DNA of 63,843 nucleotides, filler included, from Octopus bimaculoides (lineage: Eukaryota), in the NCBI RefSeq assembly GCF_001194135.2. It is 6 parts of 6 records of this genome, joined end to end, with 100 filler letters (N's around TTAATTAATTAA, not from the genome) between each part and the next. Parts side by side here need not be neighbours in the genome. Positions count along the whole stretch, not along the records: positions 56,314 to 62,403 come from NC_068997.1; positions 62,504 to 63,843 come from NW_026410632.1; 4 more parts are not named here. The stretch is one strand, 5' to 3'. Below, piece after piece: positions 60,300 through 63,843 of the stretch. Both the position numbers and the translations under genes were made by a program. How positions within the stretch are numbered: the first letter of the stretch is position 1; each line of letters starts with the position of its first letter. The notes beneath the pieces were generated by a model. It did no database searches. It saw only the letters and a program-made list of their open reading frames with translations, and was not told where the DNA came from.

Positions 60300-61121
60300 C
60301 ATTTTCAAAATCATACAGCATAAAAGTATTACAGCTGTTGTAACGTCACCAACAAAATTCATGCAAGTATGTTGAAAACAAATTATCGGACAGTCCTACG
60401 GTGTTTGTGTGGATTGAGGCATCGTTGGGATCCACAAAGGCGACATTGTGGTTGACAGTGGAATAGTGTGGCAGCTTATTGTATGCACTCCAGGAATATG
60501 TGATAATCTTAGTTCCTGGCAAAACATGGTTGGTAATAATAGGCAACAATGTTGCTGCACTTTTGTTTGCTACAGGAACTAAGATACATCTCAGACTGTC
60601 TCATTCAACCATTCCAAGAACCCAATGCCCTTGTCGATAACAACCGCGAGGATATTTCCTGTGCATGAACTTGGATTTGTCGATCTCTACAACATCTCTT
60701 CCAAGTTGCACACAGTGGTCAAAGCACCACATAGCACAAACATTGCGGAAGTAATTGCACCAGTTAACAATTGCTTCATTACAACACTCTGTTTACATTT
60801 TATTTTGGCCCAGTAATACATCAACTCTTGGAGAAGTCAACGGTAGGCGTGCACCTGAGAAAAACAAGTCTTGCCTAATGCTACAAAATCAATTGCAAAC
60901 AGTACACCACATTTTTCCATCAGATACTGTATTGTGCAATGAAAGGTACATCCACTCATTATAGCATACCAATGAATTGTGGATCAATCTCACAGATCCA
61001 GGAATTGGATCGTTGAATTCGCGTCACTCGTTATGACAATAATTTCTCGCAGATTGTGATGTACTTGAGTTATGTCATCAACGGAAATGACAGATTCAAC
61101 AATCCTATATCGTCCTGCCAT
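60300..61121 (-). pseudogene. Merlin (IS1016/IS1595-related) DDE transposase, near full length, disrupted
   Basis: Minus frames: DGKMWCTVC..CSIRQ, NWCNYFRNVC, VEIDKSKF.HRKYPRG, WVLGMVE, ATLLPIITNHVLPGTKIITYSWSAYNKL..TVNH..FVDP..IHTNTV, matching the Merlin VEIDES / RKY.RG / TL.PII...V.PGT.I.SD.W.AY / TVNH..FVDP motifs. Confidence 0.85.
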
Positions 61122-61915
61122 AGTGGGATCTAATGGAAAGGTATATGATGTAGGTGTCTTAACAGGTATCATGAGAAAATGTATAGGAGAGTCTGTTGCA
61201 GACAGATTTTGCCGTCCCTAATTTTATCAATGTCTTTCACCTATTTTCATGCTGCCCTGTGTGTGTGTGCGTGTGCATGTGCACTTATTAGTGTGTATCA
61301 GTTTTCAACACTAAGCTCGGTGGTATTTGGCAATCTGTATCCTTCCTCTCCAAGCGCTTAAAACCCGCCGAGACTAAATACAGTACTTTGGTCTAGAATT
61401 ACTGGCAGTGTATCTCGCTTTCAAGCATTTTCGACACATGCTGGAAGGTCGCGTTTTCTTGAGAAATGTTTGGATTTATGGCGAAGCAAAATTTCTAGAA
61501 TTTCTATACATTTCTCAAACAAATTACCGAAGTCCATCCCCACAAAATTCCACCGGCATACATGGCGGAAGTTTCAGTTGTAAAAAAAAATTTTATACTT
61601 TAATTTCACTTTGTCACAGTATTTCTTTGCTATTTTTACTTTTATTTTTTCCAAAGAGTTTGCTGTTATTTCTGCACTCATACTTTTTGTAACTTTCAAA
61701 ATACAAAAAAAAAAAACATGAACACTTTAATTTCACTTTGTCATAATAACTGTGGGAATTTACTATGAAAGAAATCTTTGCAGAAAGGTGAGTAGATTGA
61801 TTACATATTTCTTTCNNNNNNNNNNNNNNNNNNNNNNNNNNNNNNNNNNNNNNNNNNNNNNNNNNNNNNNNNNNNNNNNNNNNNNNNNNNNNNNNNNNNN
61901 NNNNNNNNNNNNNNN

Positions 61916-62403
61916 GTGCGGGCATTCGTATAGTACTTGATGCCAAAGTTTGGTACCAGTCCTTCAAGTATCTTCCATATGTATATTATTACATGTCTCT
62001 CCCACCTGCGCTCCAGGGAGTATAGACCTAGTGCCTTCAGTTGCTCCCTGTAGTTCATCTGTTGGACTGTGGCGATCTTTTTAGTATAGTGACGCTGAAT
62101 TGCCTCGAGTTCTGCAGTCCGCTTGACACTGTGTGGTGACCACAATTGAGAGCAATAGTGTAGGCGGCTCAGAACAAATGTCTCCCATAGATATTCAGCT
62201 TCCATCCAGGCAGAAGCTGCATCACACAGCTCTTATGGCATTATGACTGGGTTAGCAGCTGCTTGACCATTCAGGACCCAGTCATAATGCTACAGGAATT
62301 GCGTGAGGCAGCTTCTACCTGGACGGAAACCATGCTGGGTTTCATTCAGCAAGTCATTTTCTTCTAGGAACGCAATCAATCTCCTTCTGACAATTCATTC
62401 CAT
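61916..62403 (-). mobile_element. CR1/L2-like LINE fragment with internal deletion and fold-back junction
   Basis: 62280-62403: FLEENDLLNETQHGFRPGRSCLTQFL*HYDWVL (RT N-terminus); 61916-62200: FVLSRLHYCSQLWSP..LEAIQRHYTK..LGLYSLERRWERHVIIYIWKILEGLVPN. Confidence 0.88.
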
Positions 62404-62503
62404 NNNNNNNNNNNNNNNNNNNNNNNNNNNNNNNNNNNNNNNNNNNNTTAATTAATTAANNNNNNNNNNNNNNNNNNNNNNNNNNNNNNNNNNNNNNNNN
62501 NNN
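62404..62503. other. Artificial scaffold-joining spacer
   Basis: 44 N + TTAATTAATTAA + 44 N. Confidence 0.97.
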
Positions 62504-63843
62504 ATATATATATATGTATATACATAAATATATATATACACATATATATATGTACACATGTATATAAATAAATATATATGTATATGTACATATCTATATA
62601 TATATATACATACATCTATATGTACGCATCTATATATTTATATATACATATATATGTATAAATATACACGTATATACACTTATATGCAAATATGTGAATA
62701 TGTAGTTATATATATGTATATGTACACATGTATATATATATATATATATATNNNNNNNNNNATATATATATATATATATATAAACGTATATGTAATCTAG
62801 ATATGTATATATGTACACTCGTTTACATATATATGCATGTATATGTGTACACATGTATGCATGTGTATATGTACACATGTATGCATAGATATATATGTAT
62901 ATATCGATACATGTATGCCTATGTATATATGTATATATATGCATATGTACGCATATGCATNNNNNNNNNNNNNNNNNNNNNNNNNNNNNNNNNNNNNNNN
63001 NNNNNNNNNNNNNNNNNNNNNNNNNNNNNNNNNNNNNNNNNNNNNNNNNNNNNNNNNNNNNNNNNNNNNNNNNNNNNNNNNNNNNNNNNNNNNNNNNNNN
63101 NNNNNNNNNNNNNNNNNNNNNNNNNNNNNNNNNNNNNNNNNNNNNNNNNNNNNNNNNNNNNNNTATATATATGGATATGTATAATTAGATATATATATAC
63201 ATATATGCATGAAATATATATACATATAGATAGATATATGTATAAATATACATATATCTACATACATATAAATATATATATATATAGATATATACATATA
63301 TGTATATGCATATAAATATATATACATATATCTACATACATATATATATATGTATAAATGTACGTGTATATATATATGTATTTATATATAAATATACGTG
63401 TGTGTATATATATATGTATTTATATATATATGCATATATATATATGCATATAAATATGTATTTATATATGCATATTTATATGTATTATATATATATGCAT
63501 ATATATATATATGTATATTTATATGTATTTATATATATGTATATATATACACTACATGTATTTATTCATATATATGTATATATTTATATATATATATACA
63601 TTCTACGTATTTATTTATATATATATGCATTTATATGTGTATTTATTTATTATTTATATATATATGCGTTTATATATATATGTATATATATATGTATCTA
63701 TATATATGTCTCTATGTTATGTAGATATATGTATATATTTAGGTATACATATATATGTATATATGTGTATATATATTTACATTTATATATACATATGTAT
63801 ATATAAATACATATACATATGTGTATATATATATATATATATA
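62504..63843. repeat. Degenerate (TA)n/(TATG)n/(TACA)n low-complexity scaffold
   Basis: Direct reading; the ORFs here are IY-rich artefacts. Confidence 0.95.

Overview
AT-rich, microsatellite-dense eukaryotic (animal) genomic DNA. The repeat content (tRNA-derived SINE families, RTE LINEs with C-terminal zinc fingers, dense CA/TA/TCTA microsatellites) looks like an octopod cephalopod; this is inference, not a database result. The window is not one locus: five identical artificial spacers (44 N + TTAATTAATTAA + 44 N) join six independent scaffolds (1-10150, 10251-23500, 23601-32846, 32947-56213, 56314-62403, 62504-63843). The only host gene I can support is three phase-consistent + strand exons of an integrin alpha chain (calf-1/calf-2 region; 3336-3673, 4730-4861, 7325-7526), only partly visible in the ORF track. 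The rest is transposon debris: two RTE LINEs, a full-length decayed DD34D mariner, an R4/Dong-like LINE, CR1/L2-like LINE pieces, a Penelope-like fragment, a Merlin transposase pseudogene, hAT/piggyBac/Tc1-mariner/Merlin MITEs with TIRs and TSDs, many SINEs, and at least five long fold-back elements. Highlights: (i) an RTE insertion with the architecture of a twin-primed 5' inversion (34689-37905); (ii) a 697-bp Merlin-type palindromic MITE with an 8-bp TSD whose core is head-to-head telomere-like TTAGGG/CCCTAA arrays, on the same scaffold as a Merlin transposase; (iii) hammerhead-ribozyme-like cores inside fold-back elements (imperfect); (iv) a coding (KSSS)x3 repeat in the integrin calf-2 loop. 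No CRISPR, rRNA or genuine tRNA genes were seen. Nearly all long ORFs in the track are microsatellite or N-gap artefacts.
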